Source of the DNA: an uncultured Enterocloster sp.
GTDB lineage: Bacteria > Bacillota > Clostridia > Lachnospirales > Lachnospiraceae
DNA length: 48,056 nucleotides
Direction: 5' to 3'
NCBI GenBank assembly: GCA_944382045.1
Contig: CALWMT010000001.1
Location: 1-48,056, forward strand
Of the stretch, positions 26,044-38,349 are shown piece after piece. A model generated the notes under the pieces. That model searched no databases and was not told where the DNA came from. It saw only the letters and a program-made list of their open reading frames with translations. The stretch's first letter is position 1. Every line of letters starts with the position of its first letter. The position numbers were made by a program, and so were the translations under genes.

Positions 26044-27126
26044 TCAGCCATTCTTCTTCTCAAAGGCATCCATGAACTCTACCAGCTTCTCCACGCCCTC
26101 GATTGGCATCGCGTTGTAGATGCTGGCCCGCATGCCGCCCACGGTCCTATGGCCCTTCAGGTTCTCAAGGCCCGCTGCCTTGGACTCCTTTACAAAGAGG
26201 GCATCCAGCTCGTCACTGCCTGTGACAAAGGGAACATTCATCAGAGAGCGGTCCTTCTTCTCCACCGTTCCCTTAAAGAGCCTGCTCTGATCCAGGAAAT
26301 CATAGAGGAGCTTTGCCTTCTTCTCGTTGTACTCCTTCATGGCTGCCAGGCCGCCTCTGGCCTTCAGCCACTTAAACACCTTGCCGCACATATAGATACC
26401 ATAGGTGGGCGGCGTATTGTACAGAGAGTCCGCATCTGCATGGGTCTTATAGCGCAGCATGGTAGGCGTTCCCTCCAGCACGTCCTCGCGGATCAGATCC
26501 TCGCGGATAATCACAATCACGGTTCCCGCAGGGCCTACATTCTTCTGGGCGCCGGCAAAAATCAGGCCGTATTTCGTCACGTCTACCGGCTCGGAGAGGA
26601 AGCAGGAGGACTGGTCCGCCACCAGGTCCTTGCCCTTGGTGTTGGGAAGGGTCCAGAACTTGGTGCCGTAGATTGTATTGTTCTCACAGATATAGACGTA
26701 GTCCGCATCCTCTGAAATGGGCAGATCGGAGCAGTCCGGTATATAGGAAAAGGTCTTATCCGCACTGGAGGCTGCCGCGTTGGCCTTTCCAAAAAGGCCT
26801 GCCTCCTTGTGAGCCTTCTTCGCCCACTGTCCCGTGATGATATAATCCGCCACCCGGTTCTTCATCAGGTTCATGGGCACCATGGCAAACTGCTGGGAGG
26901 CACCGCCCTGAAGGAAGAGCACCTTATAGTTATCTGGCACGGAGAGCAGGTCCCGCAGATCTGCCTCTGCCTCTTTAATGATCGTGTCATACGCCTTTGA
27001 CCGATGGCTCATCTCCATCACAGACATGCCGGTTCCCTTATAGTCCAGCATCTCCTGGGCGGCCTCTTTTAAGACCTCCTCCGGCAAAACTGCCGGTCCG
27101 GCCGAAAAATTATACACTCTGCTCAT
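26044..27126 (-). CDS. serC: Phosphoserine aminotransferase
   Basis: Motifs NFSAGPAVLP, EMSHRS, GAQKNVGPAG and GHRTVGGMRASIYNA. Confidence 0.97.
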   Translation of the reverse strand: MSRVYNFSAGPAVLPEEVLKEAAQEMLDYKGTGMSVMEMSHRSKAYDTIIKEAEADLRDLLSVPDNYKVLFLQGGASQQFAMVPMNLMKNRVADYIITGQWAKKAHKEAGLFGKANAAASSADKTFSYIPDCSDLPISEDADYVYICENNTIYGTKFWTLPNTKGKDLVADQSSCFLSEPVDVTKYGLIFAGAQKNVGPAGTVIVIIREDLIREDVLEGTPTMLRYKTHADADSLYNTPPTYGIYMCGKVFKWLKARGGLAAMKEYNEKKAKLLYDFLDQSRLFKGTVEKKDRSLMNVPFVTGSDELDALFVKESKAAGLENLKGHRTVGGMRASIYNAMPIEGVEKLVEFMDAFEKKNG

Positions 27127-27170
27127 TTCATTCTCCTCCTCTTATTCACCGTTGTAAAGTGTTAAACCCT

Positions 27171-27199
27171 ACTATACACCGTTTTCAATTAATTTTCAA
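27171..27199 (-). promoter_or_regulatory. sigma-A promoter of serC, overlapping the ilvB 3' end
   Basis: TTGAAA-N17-TATAGT. Confidence 0.55.
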
Positions 27200-28867
27200 G
27201 TCCATATCGTCAAAAGCGTCTGCAATGGGAGCTCCCGGGGATACCATGGGGAACACCTTCTCGTCGCAGCTGATCTGACAGTCAATGAGAACCGGAATAT
27301 TGAGGGAAATGGCCTCCCGCAGCACAGGCTCCAGCTCCTCCTTCTGGGTCACCCGGTATGCCTTGGCCCCCAGGGCCTCCGCAAGCTTTACAAAGTCCAC
27401 GGAATCGTTGAGGATAGTCTGGGAATAGCGCTTGCCGTAGAAGAGGGTCTGCCACTGGCGCACCATGCCCAGCACATGGTTGTTCACCACAACCTCCACA
27501 ATCGGGATATTATAGCGGGTGGCCGTGGCGATCTCATTCATATTCATGCGGAAGCAGCCGTCGCCCGCGATATTGATCACCGTCTTGTCCCTGCAGGCCA
27601 TCTTAGCCCCGATGGCTGCGCCCAGGCCGTAGCCCATGGTCCCCAAGCCGCCGGAGGTGAGCAGGCTTCTGGGCCTGCGGTAACGGAAATACTGGGCGGC
27701 CCACATCTGATGCTGGCCCACCTCCGTGACAATGATGCCCTCCCCGTTCGTCACCTTCTCAATGGTCTGGACAATAAAGGGTCCGGTGAGCACGCTCTTG
27801 TCGTAGCGCAGCGGATACATATCCTTCAACCGCTCAATGTGGGCGATCCACTCGTCATGGTTAATGGGATCCAGACGGGCGTTCAGCTTTCTGAGGATCA
27901 GCTTTGCGTCCCCGATGATGCTGGCGTCCACCTTGATGTTCTTGTTGATCTCCGCCGGATCGATGTCGATCTGGAGGATCTTGGCATTCTTCGCGAACTT
28001 GGAGGCATTGCCCGTCACCCGGTCGCTGAACCTGGCGCCCACAACAATCAAAAGATCCGCCTCAGTGATGCCGAAGTTGGAGGTCTTGGTTCCGTGCATT
28101 CCCACCATGCCGGTGTAGAGCTCGTCGGTGCCGTCAAAGGCGCCCTTGCCCATCAGGCTGTCCGCCACCGGTGCCTGTATCTTGTGGGCAAAGGCCCGCA
28201 GCTCGTCAGAGGCATTGGCGATGATGGCGCCGCCGCCCACAAAGATAAAGGGCTTGCGGGATTTGCGGATCATCTCAATGGCCTGCTCCATGTCCTCCTC
28301 CCGGATGGTGTCGCTCTGGCATACGATCTCCGCCGGCTCCTCCCTCTCATATTCACAGGAGGCCGCTGTCACATCCTTGGTAATATCAATGAGCACCGGT
28401 CCCGGCCGCCCGGTCTGGGCGATGGTGAAGGCACGGCGTATCACCTTGGCCAGACGGTTTACATCCTTTACGATAAAGTTATACTTGGTAATGGGCATGG
28501 TCACGCCTGTGATGTCCACCTCCTGGAAGCTGTCCTTTCCCAGAAGGCTGTTGCCCACATTGCAGGTGATGGCAACCACCGGCACGGAATCCATATACGC
28601 TGTGGCAATGCCCGTTACCAGGTTCGTCGCTCCTGGTCCGGAGGTGGCCATGCAGACGCCCACCCGGCCCGTGGCCCTGGCATATCCGTCCGCGGCGTGG
28701 GCCGCCCCCTGCTCGTGGGAGGTAAGGATATGGGTGATCTCATTCTGGTGCTGGTACAGGGCGTCATAAATATTTAAGATCGCTCCGCCCGGATAGCCGA
28801 AGATCGTGTCCACACCCTGCTCCTTCAGACACTCTACAACGATCTCTGCTCCTGTCAATTTGCTCAT
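27185..28867 (-). CDS. ilvB: Acetolactate synthase large subunit
   Basis: Motifs FGYPGGA, HEQGA, TSGPGATN, SGGLGTMG and GDGCFRMN...NN. Confidence 0.96.
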   Translation of the reverse strand: MSKLTGAEIVVECLKEQGVDTIFGYPGGAILNIYDALYQHQNEITHILTSHEQGAAHAADGYARATGRVGVCMATSGPGATNLVTGIATAYMDSVPVVAITCNVGNSLLGKDSFQEVDITGVTMPITKYNFIVKDVNRLAKVIRRAFTIAQTGRPGPVLIDITKDVTAASCEYEREEPAEIVCQSDTIREEDMEQAIEMIRKSRKPFIFVGGGAIIANASDELRAFAHKIQAPVADSLMGKGAFDGTDELYTGMVGMHGTKTSNFGITEADLLIVVGARFSDRVTGNASKFAKNAKILQIDIDPAEINKNIKVDASIIGDAKLILRKLNARLDPINHDEWIAHIERLKDMYPLRYDKSVLTGPFIVQTIEKVTNGEGIIVTEVGQHQMWAAQYFRYRRPRSLLTSGGLGTMGYGLGAAIGAKMACRDKTVINIAGDGCFRMNMNEIATATRYNIPIVEVVVNNHVLGMVRQWQTLFYGKRYSQTILNDSVDFVKLAEALGAKAYRVTQKEELEPVLREAISLNIPVLIDCQISCDEKVFPMVSPGAPIADAFDDMDLKIN

Positions 28868-28928
28868 CTATATCGTACTCCTTTTCTATCTGTCTTATAA
28901 CTGTCAGCGGCTCAGGAAGGCTGCGGTC

Positions 28929-30596
28929 TCACTTTCTCACCTGAAGCACAGCTCCCTTGTCTGCGGAGGTCACCAGGGAGGCATAGCGTGCCAGGTAACC
29001 AGTAGTCACCTTGGGCTCCCTGGGCTGCCATTTGGCCTTTCTGGCCGCAAGCTCCTCGTCAGAAACCAGGAGATTCAGCTGGTGGCTGTCAATATCGATG
29101 GAAATTATGTCCCCTTCCTCTACCAGGGCAATGGGGCCGCCCATGGCCGCCTCAGGGGATACATGGCCGATGGAAGCGCCCCGGGAAGCGCCGGAGAACC
29201 GTCCGTCCGTGATCAGGGCCACCGTAGAGCCCAGGCCCATGCCGGCAATCGCGGAGGTGGGATTTAACATCTCCCGCATGCCGGGGCCTCCCTTGGGACC
29301 CTCGTAGCGGATAACCACCACGTCGCCCTCCTTGATCCTTCCGCTCTTGATGGCGTCGATGGCGTCCTCCTCGCAGTCAAACACCCGCGCCGGTCCCTCA
29401 TGCTTTAACATCTCGGGAGCCACAGCCGAGCGCTTCACCACAGCGGAGTCCGGAGCCAGGTTGCCCCTGAGGATGGCGATGCCGCCGGTCTGGCTGTAGG
29501 GATTGTCAATGGGGCGGATTACCTCGGGGTTCTTGTTCTCACAGTCCTTGATGTTCTCGCCCACGGTCTTTCCCGTGACTGTCATGCAGTCCAGGTTCAG
29601 AAGTCCCTTCTTGCTGATCTCATTCATCACTGCATAGATGCCGCCCGCCTCATTCAAATCCTCAATGTAGGTGGGGCCGGCAGGAGCCAGGTGGCAGAGG
29701 TTCGGCGTTCTGGCGCTGATCTCATTGGCAATGTCCACGTTGAGCTCCACCCCGGCCTCATGGGCAATGGCCGGCAGGTGCAGCATGCTGTTGGTGGAGC
29801 AGCCAAGGGCCATGTCCATGGTCAGGGCGTTCATAAATGCCTCCTTGGTCATGATATCCCTGGGCCGGATATTCCTGCGGTACATCTCCATAACCTGCAT
29901 GCCCGCGTGCTTCGCCAGCTTAATGCGCTCAGAGTACACGGCAGGGATGGTTCCATTTCCCCGAACGCCCATACCCAGGGCCTCTGTCAGGCAGTTCATG
30001 CTGTTGGCCGTGTACATGCCGGAGCAGGAGCCGCAGGTGGGGCAGGTCTTGTTCTCGTACTCCTTCACGTCCTCCTCCGTCATCTTCCCCGCCGCGTAAG
30101 CGCCTACCGCCTCAAACATGCTGGAGAGGCTGGTCTTGTGGCCCTTTACATGGCCGGCCAGCATGGGGCCGCCGCTGACAAACACGGTGGGAACATTGAT
30201 CCGGGCCGCTGCCATCAGAAGTCCCGGCACATTCTTATCGCAGTTGGGAACCATCACCAGTGCGTCAAACTGATGGGCGATGGCCATACACTCCGTGGAA
30301 TCCGCGATCAGATCCCGGGTTACCAGGGAGTACTTCATGCCAATGTGGCCCATGGCAATCCCGTCGCAGACCGCAATGGCCGGGAACACCACCGGGGTGC
30401 CTCCCCCCATGGCCACGCCCAGCTTCACCGCCTCCACGATCTTGTCCAGATTCATATGGCCCGGCACAATCTCATTATAAGAGCTGACAATGCCCACCAA
30501 GGGCTTCTTTAACTCCTCCTCTGTCATTCCCAGAGCATTGAACAGGGACCTGTGGGGCGCCTGCTGCATACCTGTCTTTACCGCATCACTTTTCAT
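28929..30596 (-). CDS. ilvD: Dihydroxy-acid dehydratase
   Basis: Motifs [30 protein letters not shown] and ITDGRFSG. Confidence 0.96.
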   Translation of the reverse strand: MKSDAVKTGMQQAPHRSLFNALGMTEEELKKPLVGIVSSYNEIVPGHMNLDKIVEAVKLGVAMGGGTPVVFPAIAVCDGIAMGHIGMKYSLVTRDLIADSTECMAIAHQFDALVMVPNCDKNVPGLLMAAARINVPTVFVSGGPMLAGHVKGHKTSLSSMFEAVGAYAAGKMTEEDVKEYENKTCPTCGSCSGMYTANSMNCLTEALGMGVRGNGTIPAVYSERIKLAKHAGMQVMEMYRRNIRPRDIMTKEAFMNALTMDMALGCSTNSMLHLPAIAHEAGVELNVDIANEISARTPNLCHLAPAGPTYIEDLNEAGGIYAVMNEISKKGLLNLDCMTVTGKTVGENIKDCENKNPEVIRPIDNPYSQTGGIAILRGNLAPDSAVVKRSAVAPEMLKHEGPARVFDCEEDAIDAIKSGRIKEGDVVVIRYEGPKGGPGMREMLNPTSAIAGMGLGSTVALITDGRFSGASRGASIGHVSPEAAMGGPIALVEEGDIISIDIDSHQLNLLVSDEELAARKAKWQPREPKVTTGYLARYASLVTSADKGAVLQVRK

Positions 30597-30614
30597 CTTC
30601 CTATCCTCCTGGTG

Positions 30615-31697
<1,083 letters not shown>

Positions 31698-31764
31698 ATT
31701 TCCATTCTTCCTTTCTATGTATTACTTATAGTTATGATTATGCAAATTAATACGGTTTCTTACA

Positions 31765-31793
31765 ATCATATCCTATTTAGAAAGGTATTGCAA
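31765..31793 (-). promoter_or_regulatory. sigma-A promoter of leuB-ilvD-ilvB
   Basis: TTGCAA-N17-TATGAT. Confidence 0.6.
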
Positions 31794-31866
31794 GCACACT
31801 GCCCTGATTTCCCTATTATAAAATATACAAGTTTGGAATCAGTACCATAAATCCAGGTTATACGTC

Positions 31867-32502
31867 CTACTGTTTTTCCCGAATCATACAATACTGCTTC
31901 AGGTCAAAATGCTTCTCCATCACCCCGTACACCTTGAAGCCGAAATGCTCGTACAGGGGCACATTGTCCGGATTATGGGTTTCCAGGGAGATCATCAGGC
32001 CATGGCTGTCCGCATATCCGATAACCTCCTCCATGAGCAGGGCTGCCAGGCCGTGGTGCTGCATCTCAGGGCGGACTGCCAGGTAGATAATGTGGAGGCG
32101 CTCCTCCTGATGGAGCTGATCCGTCCACCGGGAATTCAGGTAATCCCGTCCCAGCACAAAATTCCGCAGGGTTTTTAAGCTGGGATCCTCCAAAATCAGG
32201 TACTCGTCCGTCTTCAGGCTCGCCCAGGCCTCGGTCAGATAATAGGTCAGAGGGTTGTAGGGCTCCGACTCATCGGACACAACCAGGAGGGAATTCATCT
32301 CCGGGCTGTCCGAGTAAATCTCGCAGGTGTCAAAAAACTCCGTCAGGTCACAGGCAAAAAGCTTGGGGAGCAGCCGCTCCCTGGTATTCTCGTCCGGGAT
32401 CAGCTTGCAGTACAGAGGATCCCGGCAGAAGCAGCGGGCCAAAAGCTCCTCCAGCTTGGGAAAATCCTCCCGCCTCACCCTGTATAATTTCTGGCTTTCC
32501 AT
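31867..32502 (-). CDS. GNAT-family N-acetyltransferase
   Basis: Motif A LAVRPEMQHHGLA, plus LETHNPDNVPLYEHFGF. Confidence 0.88.
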   Translation of the reverse strand: MESQKLYRVRREDFPKLEELLARCFCRDPLYCKLIPDENTRERLLPKLFACDLTEFFDTCEIYSDSPEMNSLLVVSDESEPYNPLTYYLTEAWASLKTDEYLILEDPSLKTLRNFVLGRDYLNSRWTDQLHQEERLHIIYLAVRPEMQHHGLAALLMEEVIGYADSHGLMISLETHNPDNVPLYEHFGFKVYGVMEKHFDLKQYCMIREKQ

Positions 32503-32556
32503 TGTAATTTTCCTCCAAATCGTAACTATTCAGGACGGCGCATGCCCCAAGGGCAC

Positions 32557-34698
32557 CTAGTCTTCTTGTCCGGGTTCAATCAGTGCATGGAGCTTTCGCA
32601 GCGCCGCAGTCACATACATAATATCGTCGCGCAGACACTGCTCCTGCCGGGCCGCGGTCTGGGCAAGCTGCTCCCGCTCCCAGGCAAACGACGCACAGAC
32701 GGCGGAATTTCCCTCCGGGCAGCTGTTTTCAGCGGGCAGTTCCCGTCTTTCCTCTAAGCGTGTTTTCTCCAGCAGGCTCCGCACCAGGCCGAACAGATTC
32801 TCATGGTGAAGGATTCTTCCCTTCCCCCACTGAAGCCGTTCCCCCGGCTGTTTTAACACATATTCTGTAAAATGTTGGAATACCTCTTCCTCAAACTCAA
32901 AGGCATACCGGTTATTGTCTATCTCATAGATGGCCTCCAGCGCTGCCCTCCCATTTCCTGCATCCAGACACTGCAGCGCCCGGTAAATCGCCCGCAGATT
33001 ATTCTGGGAGGCCTCCTGGGGAAAGAGCACATCATCGTGCCAGTTGAGCCGCACCAGCCAGTCCTGCTCCTTCTGGAAGGCCTTCATGGCCCGTTCCCGC
33101 AAATCGCGGATGCCGCCGGCCTCCCGCCGGGCTCCTTCCTCATCCCCGCGCTCCAGACAGGCTCTGTACCGCTGGTTTCCCTTCTCCAAGCCTTCGCGCA
33201 GGCGGCGGGCAGCCTCCTTGGCCCCTTCTATCTCCTTAAAAAGCTCCTTGAGCCCCTCCTCTGCCCCGATGCGGACTGCCAGCTCCCGGTCCACGCTGGC
33301 CGTAAGCGCTTCAAACACCCGCTCAAAATCAAGGGGCGCCGCTGCCAGGTAGTCCAGGGCTATGGCCAGGCTGCCGTAGAGCTGGTGATGAAAGCGGTAC
33401 ACCTTCGCATCATAAAAGGCCTCGCTGTCAAACTGCGAGTGGTAATGGGTCTCCATAAATTCCCCGCCGCTGAACTCATTGACCAGGGAGGGGATTCCCC
33501 CGATCGCCATAGAAAAATCATCCGACCAGGTCTGTATGGGGCAGAGCACCTCCACCCCCTCGGGGTAGGCCTGAGAATAAAGGGCTTCATGGCGGCTGCA
33601 GAATTCCCGGATAAAGCGCTCCATATATGCCGCGTACTCATAGGTGCAGCGCACCCCGTCCCGCCGCCCGTGGGCATAGGCCGGAAGCTCAAAATTCAGA
33701 TCCGCCATCACCCGGCCTCTCCACTCCGGCCGGGCGGAGAACACCTCTTGGTAAGCCCCTGTGGACCAGTCGTACTTGGAATCCGCGATTCCCCACTCCT
33801 CCGCCGCCAGGGCGCAGAACACCAATGTCTTCCTGGGCCTGTAGCCAATGGAAATGAGTGTCCTCGCGATTCCCAGCATCATGGCCACCGCTGTATTGTC
33901 ATCCTGAAACCCGTTAAAATAAGAATCATAGTGGGCGGACAGGAGAATCATGGAGTCCTCCTCCCGGCCCGGTATGCTTCCCAGGATATTCCAGGTCTCC
34001 TTGTTCCGCTCCACCCGCGTAGCCGCGTCGAATAGGACGGCAGCCTCCGGCGGCCGGCCCTGGCGCACCAGCTCCTCCATATCCGCCTTGATAACCGCTG
34101 CATCCGCCTGGGACATGGAAAATGCCGCTGCCTGCTCCGGGCCCGCGATGTCCTGGGCATTGAGGGCCGTGGGATGGATCTCCCCGTATCCCTGATCCTG
34201 CACCGCCACAAAGGCGGCAGCCCCCTTGCGGTAAGCCTGGTACACAGGAAAATTAATCCACCACTCTTCTCTCTGATTGATGTCCCCCATCACCAGCTTT
34301 CCCCTTACATCCTGGGCCTCATAGCAGTCCGCCGTGGCTTTTCCCAGGTATACCAGTGTAAAGGGCTTGGGGCCCTCCGTGACAAACTGGGTCTGGTAGG
34401 CCCCCAGCTGAAAGACATGCTCCTTCCCCTGCCTGTCCGTATAGCGCATGACGGCCCGCTCAAATTCCCACCGATCCACCGGAATGCGGTCACGGCACAC
34501 ATTCTTCAGGCCAATGCGCTCCATCTCCCGGGCTATCATCTCCCCGGTTTCCCTCTCCGCAGCTGAGCCTGCGGTCCTGTACCCCAGAACCGGATTGGTC
34601 TTAGGGAGCTCCATCCTCCTGGCAAATTCATAGGCATACGTCTCGTCAACCGCGTCGACGAATGCCTGTTCCCATTCTCTTTCCGTCTTCATTTCCAT
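32557..34698 (-). CDS. M28-family metallopeptidase with a PA domain and helical C-terminal domain
   Basis: Motifs RTAGS, SAHYDS, QDDNTAVA, AEEWG, SDDFSM and YHSQFD. Start moved to ATG 34698 (GAGGTG RBS). Confidence 0.85.
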   Translation of the reverse strand: MEMKTEREWEQAFVDAVDETYAYEFARRMELPKTNPVLGYRTAGSAAERETGEMIAREMERIGLKNVCRDRIPVDRWEFERAVMRYTDRQGKEHVFQLGAYQTQFVTEGPKPFTLVYLGKATADCYEAQDVRGKLVMGDINQREEWWINFPVYQAYRKGAAAFVAVQDQGYGEIHPTALNAQDIAGPEQAAAFSMSQADAAVIKADMEELVRQGRPPEAAVLFDAATRVERNKETWNILGSIPGREEDSMILLSAHYDSYFNGFQDDNTAVAMMLGIARTLISIGYRPRKTLVFCALAAEEWGIADSKYDWSTGAYQEVFSARPEWRGRVMADLNFELPAYAHGRRDGVRCTYEYAAYMERFIREFCSRHEALYSQAYPEGVEVLCPIQTWSDDFSMAIGGIPSLVNEFSGGEFMETHYHSQFDSEAFYDAKVYRFHHQLYGSLAIALDYLAAAPLDFERVFEALTASVDRELAVRIGAEEGLKELFKEIEGAKEAARRLREGLEKGNQRYRACLERGDEEGARREAGGIRDLRERAMKAFQKEQDWLVRLNWHDDVLFPQEASQNNLRAIYRALQCLDAGNGRAALEAIYEIDNNRYAFEFEEEVFQHFTEYVLKQPGERLQWGKGRILHHENLFGLVRSLLEKTRLEERRELPAENSCPEGNSAVCASFAWEREQLAQTAARQEQCLRDDIMYVTAALRKLHALIEPGQED

Positions 34699-34791
34699 CG
34701 CCACCTCTTTCATCGTAAAATGGGACGCCGCAGAAAGCCGTATCTGCAGCCGTCCCATTTTCACCTCTCTATCTCTAAAATTGATAACCGT

Positions 34792-35805
34792 TCATCCAGC
34801 CCCGGCGTCCTGGCCGGTACCGGCTGCCGGAAATGTCTCCTCCAAAGCCACCTTTGCTCCGTCCTCACCCACAAGGTAGGCGTCCGGTGTAAAGCAGCTT
34901 GTCAGCATATTTCCATTCTCTGAGCAGTAGTATTCCCTGCCCTCCCAGGCAATCCAGCCCGTCTGCATATAGCCGTCCGCTCCGAAGAAATACCATTCCC
35001 CGTCTAATTCCATCCACTGGCCCGCCGGATAGCTTCCGTCCGCCCGTCTGTACCACCAACGGCCGTCTGCCTCCTGCACCCAGCGGCCGCCTCCCCCTGC
35101 CGGGTCCTCCCGGAACTGGGCCGCCTGCTCCGCCGTCACATGGATCACATTGGATGGAGCCCAGTCACCCCTGTAGGTGGACTCGTACTTGTTCACCGCC
35201 CGGACCATCACCTGGTAATCCGCCTCCCCGCCGGCCATCCGCTCCCGGCAGTTGGCTCGGTTGGTCTTAACCGTGAGAAGGGAGCTCATCAGCTTTCCGT
35301 CCCGGTAAATGCGCACCTGGTACTCCCCGGCCCCCGCATCCTTAGGCCAGGTGGCGATTCCCTCCTGGGAGAGCTCCACTCCTGCCATGTCCCCGAGGGT
35401 TGTCCAGAGGGCAGGAAGGCGCACGTCCATAAGAAGCGTGGCCCCGCCGTCCTGGCGGCTGGCCTTTACAAATTCTGCCCCGCCCTTTAAGTGCACGTCC
35501 TCCTTGGAGAGAGGCTCAAAATAATAGTCCTCCTCCCCCCGAAGGGTAATCCGTATCTCCGGAATACTGTCCCTCTGCCAGCCAAAGCCGCTGTTGCACA
35601 CCTCATAGCCATCCACATAAAATCGATTGCTGTCCTCGTCAATCTGTATGTACTCCTCACCAAATGCCGTATCCGGCTCAATCTCCGCCTGAATGTCCAG
35701 AGAAACCGTGGTGACATACTTCCTTCTGGCGCCAAAAGCCGGAAACGCTGCCAAAATAACAAATAGTGCTGCGCACAGACCCATCCGAATGCTATGCCCT
35801 CTCAC
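34792..35805 (-). CDS. Secreted protein with an FN3-like region and C-terminal cell-wall (choline-type) binding repeats
   Basis: Signal peptide ending AFPAFG, with repeats RWWYRRADGSY, GEWYFFGADGYMQTGW and EYYCSENGNM. GTG start inferred from the RBS. Confidence 0.8.
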   Translation of the reverse strand: MRGHSIRMGLCAALFVILAAFPAFGARRKYVTTVSLDIQAEIEPDTAFGEEYIQIDEDSNRFYVDGYEVCNSGFGWQRDSIPEIRITLRGEEDYYFEPLSKEDVHLKGGAEFVKASRQDGGATLLMDVRLPALWTTLGDMAGVELSQEGIATWPKDAGAGEYQVRIYRDGKLMSSLLTVKTNRANCRERMAGGEADYQVMVRAVNKYESTYRGDWAPSNVIHVTAEQAAQFREDPAGGGGRWVQEADGRWWYRRADGSYPAGQWMELDGEWYFFGADGYMQTGWIAWEGREYYCSENGNMLTSCFTPDAYLVGEDGAKVALEETFPAAGTGQDAGAG

Positions 35806-36030
35806 CGCCGCTCCCCCTTTCACTCCTCATCGGAATACCTGTGTTTAAGGTAAGCGTAGCCAGATTTTACCGGAATGTCAAGGAACATTTCCTTACGATT
35901 TCCCACAGCAACTTCGGCAGCAATTTCGGCAGCGGGGCAGCAGGGACAGCGCAGGCAGTGTGTCAAATGCGCCCGCCACGTGAAAAGAGCGCCGCATCGC
36001 TGCAGCGCTCTCCCATCTCTGTAAGGATTC

Positions 36031-37584
36031 TTACTTTGCATAGTCTGTGACTCTTGACTCCCGAATCACATTGACCTTGATCTGTCCCGGATACTCCAGC
36101 TCACTCTCAATGCGCTTTGATACCTCGCGGGCCAAAAGCACCATATCGTCGTCGCTGATCTGCTCTGGGATCACCATAATGCGAACTTCCCGGCCTGCCT
36201 GAATGGCATAAGACTTATCCACTCCCTTGAAGGAGTTGGTGATATCTTCCAATTGCTTCAATCTGTTTGTATATGTCTCCAACGTCTCCCGCCTTGCCCC
36301 GGGCCTTGCGGCGGATATGGTGTCTGCCGCCTGCACGATGCAGGAAATGAGATTCGTAGGCTCAACATCGCCATGATGGGACTCCACTGCATTCACAACC
36401 GTGGCGGATTCCCTGTACTTCTTACAGAGCTCTGCACCCAGCTGTACGTGAGTTCCCTCCATATCATGGTCAACGGATTTCCCAATGTCATGTAACAAGC
36501 CCGCGCGCTTTGCCAAACGCACGTCCACTCCAAGTTCCGATGCCAGAAGTCCTGACAGCTGGGCCACCTCAATGGAATGCTTTAAGGCATTCTGGCCATA
36601 GCTGGTTCTGAACTTCATCCTTCCTAACAGCTTAATCAGTTCAGGGTGAATTCCGTGGATGCCCACCTCAAGACATGCGGCTTCGCCTTCCTCCCGCATG
36701 TTGGTCTCCACTTCCTTCTGTGCCTTCTCCACCGTCTCCTCGATCCTGGCCGGATGAATCCGTCCGTCCACAATCAGCCGCTCCAGAGCAATTCTGGCGA
36801 CCTCCCGGCGGATCGGGTCAAATCCGGAGAGCACTACTGCCTCCGGGGTGTCATCGATGATCAGTTCCACCCCTGTCAGCGTCTCAAGGGTCCGTATATT
36901 GCGGCCCTCGCGCCCGATGATGCGGCCTTTCATCTCGTCATTGGGAAGCTGTACCACAGAGACCGTAGTCTCTGCCACATGGTCGGCGGCGCAGCGCTGG
37001 ATGGCTGTGACCACCAGATCCCTGGCTTTCTTGTCTGCTTCCTCTTTTGCCTTGTTCTCCAGTTCCTTAATCAGCTTAGCTGTGTCATGCTTTACATCTT
37101 CTTCAACAGATTTTAAAAGATATTCTTTTGCCTGTTCGGAGGTCAGACCGGATATTCGTTCCAGTTCCTGTATCCCCTGCTCATATTGGGCTTCCACCTC
37201 AGCCGTCCGCTTGCTGAGGACATTCTCCCTTCTGACCAGATCCGCCTCCTTCTTCTCTAGGGCGTCTGCCTTTTTCTCAACGTTTTCTTCCTTGCTCAGA
37301 ACACGCTTCTCGTAACGCTGAAGCTCCGCTCTCCGTTCCTTGGTTTCCTTTTCCAACTCATTCTTTGTCTTTAAAGATTCTTCCTTGGCTTCCAGGAGAG
37401 CTTCTCGCTTCTTTGTCTCTGCAGTTTTTAATGCTTCATCTATTATTTCCCTGGACTTCTCTTCCGCGCTTCCCACCTTGCTGTCATACTGCCTGCGCTC
37501 ATAGGATCGGGCTTGGTTCCAGATGATAATAGCCTCAATTATCATAACAATGATAACCGCTAAAGGGAACATTATCTCTGACAC
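36031..37584 (-). CDS. rny: Ribonuclease Y
   Basis: N-terminal TM, coiled coil, KH domain ([12 protein letters not shown]) and HD domain (LLHDIGK). Confidence 0.97.
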   Translation of the reverse strand: MSEIMFPLAVIIVMIIEAIIIWNQARSYERRQYDSKVGSAEEKSREIIDEALKTAETKKREALLEAKEESLKTKNELEKETKERRAELQRYEKRVLSKEENVEKKADALEKKEADLVRRENVLSKRTAEVEAQYEQGIQELERISGLTSEQAKEYLLKSVEEDVKHDTAKLIKELENKAKEEADKKARDLVVTAIQRCAADHVAETTVSVVQLPNDEMKGRIIGREGRNIRTLETLTGVELIIDDTPEAVVLSGFDPIRREVARIALERLIVDGRIHPARIEETVEKAQKEVETNMREEGEAACLEVGIHGIHPELIKLLGRMKFRTSYGQNALKHSIEVAQLSGLLASELGVDVRLAKRAGLLHDIGKSVDHDMEGTHVQLGAELCKKYRESATVVNAVESHHGDVEPTNLISCIVQAADTISAARPGARRETLETYTNRLKQLEDITNSFKGVDKSYAIQAGREVRIMVIPEQISDDDMVLLAREVSKRIESELEYPGQIKVNVIRESRVTDYAK

Positions 37585-37634
37585 AGGAGCACCTCCTTTT
37601 ATTTAATTTTCATTGTACGAACTACAACATATTA

Positions 37635-37663
37635 ATTTTATATGTTTTCCAGAATCATGTCAA
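37635..37663 (-). promoter_or_regulatory. sigma-A promoter of rny
   Basis: TTGACA-N17-TAAAAT. Confidence 0.7.
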
Positions 37664-37740
37664 GCATATTCCACATTTTCTGGTAAATACGTACAAAGGG
37701 GCGGTAACGAATGATCAAAAATATTTAAAAAGAGAAGCTG

Positions 37741-38349
37741 CTATGCTTCCCTTTCTATCTCACCCAGCACATTCCCAATCACTTCTGCTGAAAACCCCTT
37801 CCGGGCCAATCCTGCCCACAGCTTTGCCCGCTCCTTATCGGATATGTCCCTTTGTCCTCTCAGCTTCCTCTCAAGGTACCTCCGGGCCGCCTGCTCGTCC
37901 TGGGGCTCCTCCTCCTCAAATACCTGTCTGATCATTTCCCGATCCACCCCCTTGTGAAGGAGCTCCCACTCCATCTGCTTCACGCTCTTTTTCCCCTTAT
38001 TCGCCGCAATGTAGCTTCTGGCATAGGCCGCATCGTCTGTCAGATGGTACTCTGCGAGAAAATCCAGCACCTTCTCCGCTGCCTCCTGCGGATACCCCTC
38101 CCGCGTCAGCCGCTCCCGCAGCTGCCTGCAGGTCCGGGACTGGACCTCCAAAAGCGACAGTGCCTTTTCCTTCGCCCGGGGAAGCAGAAGCTCCTGCAGA
38201 ATCCGCCCATAGGCCTCCGCAGACAGCTCCTCCCCCTCTGCAATCCCCCAATCCGATACCTCCGCCCTGTATAAAACAAAGGCAAAGCCTTCCTCAAGGA
38301 AGACTTTGCTCTTATTCCTTCCACAGGCTTCTACCTTGGAAACTCTCAT
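37741..38349 (-). CDS. recX: Regulatory protein RecX
   Basis: Motifs [28 protein letters not shown] and LARKGF. Overlaps the recA stop. Confidence 0.9.
   Translation of the reverse strand: MRVSKVEACGRNKSKVFLEEGFAFVLYRAEVSDWGIAEGEELSAEAYGRILQELLLPRAKEKALSLLEVQSRTCRQLRERLTREGYPQEAAEKVLDFLAEYHLTDDAAYARSYIAANKGKKSVKQMEWELLHKGVDREMIRQVFEEEEPQDEQAARRYLERKLRGQRDISDKERAKLWAGLARKGFSAEVIGNVLGEIEREA

Noticed and set aside
27476-28777. 433-aa plus-strand ORF
   Set aside because: Antisense shadow of ilvB.
31698-31866. T-box leader for leuB-ilvD-ilvB
   Set aside because: The leader is only about 60 nt after the promoter, and no T-box consensus or terminator is visible.
35906-35933. 12-bp tandem repeat CAGCAAYTTCGG x2
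   Set aside because: Short local duplication with no supporting context.
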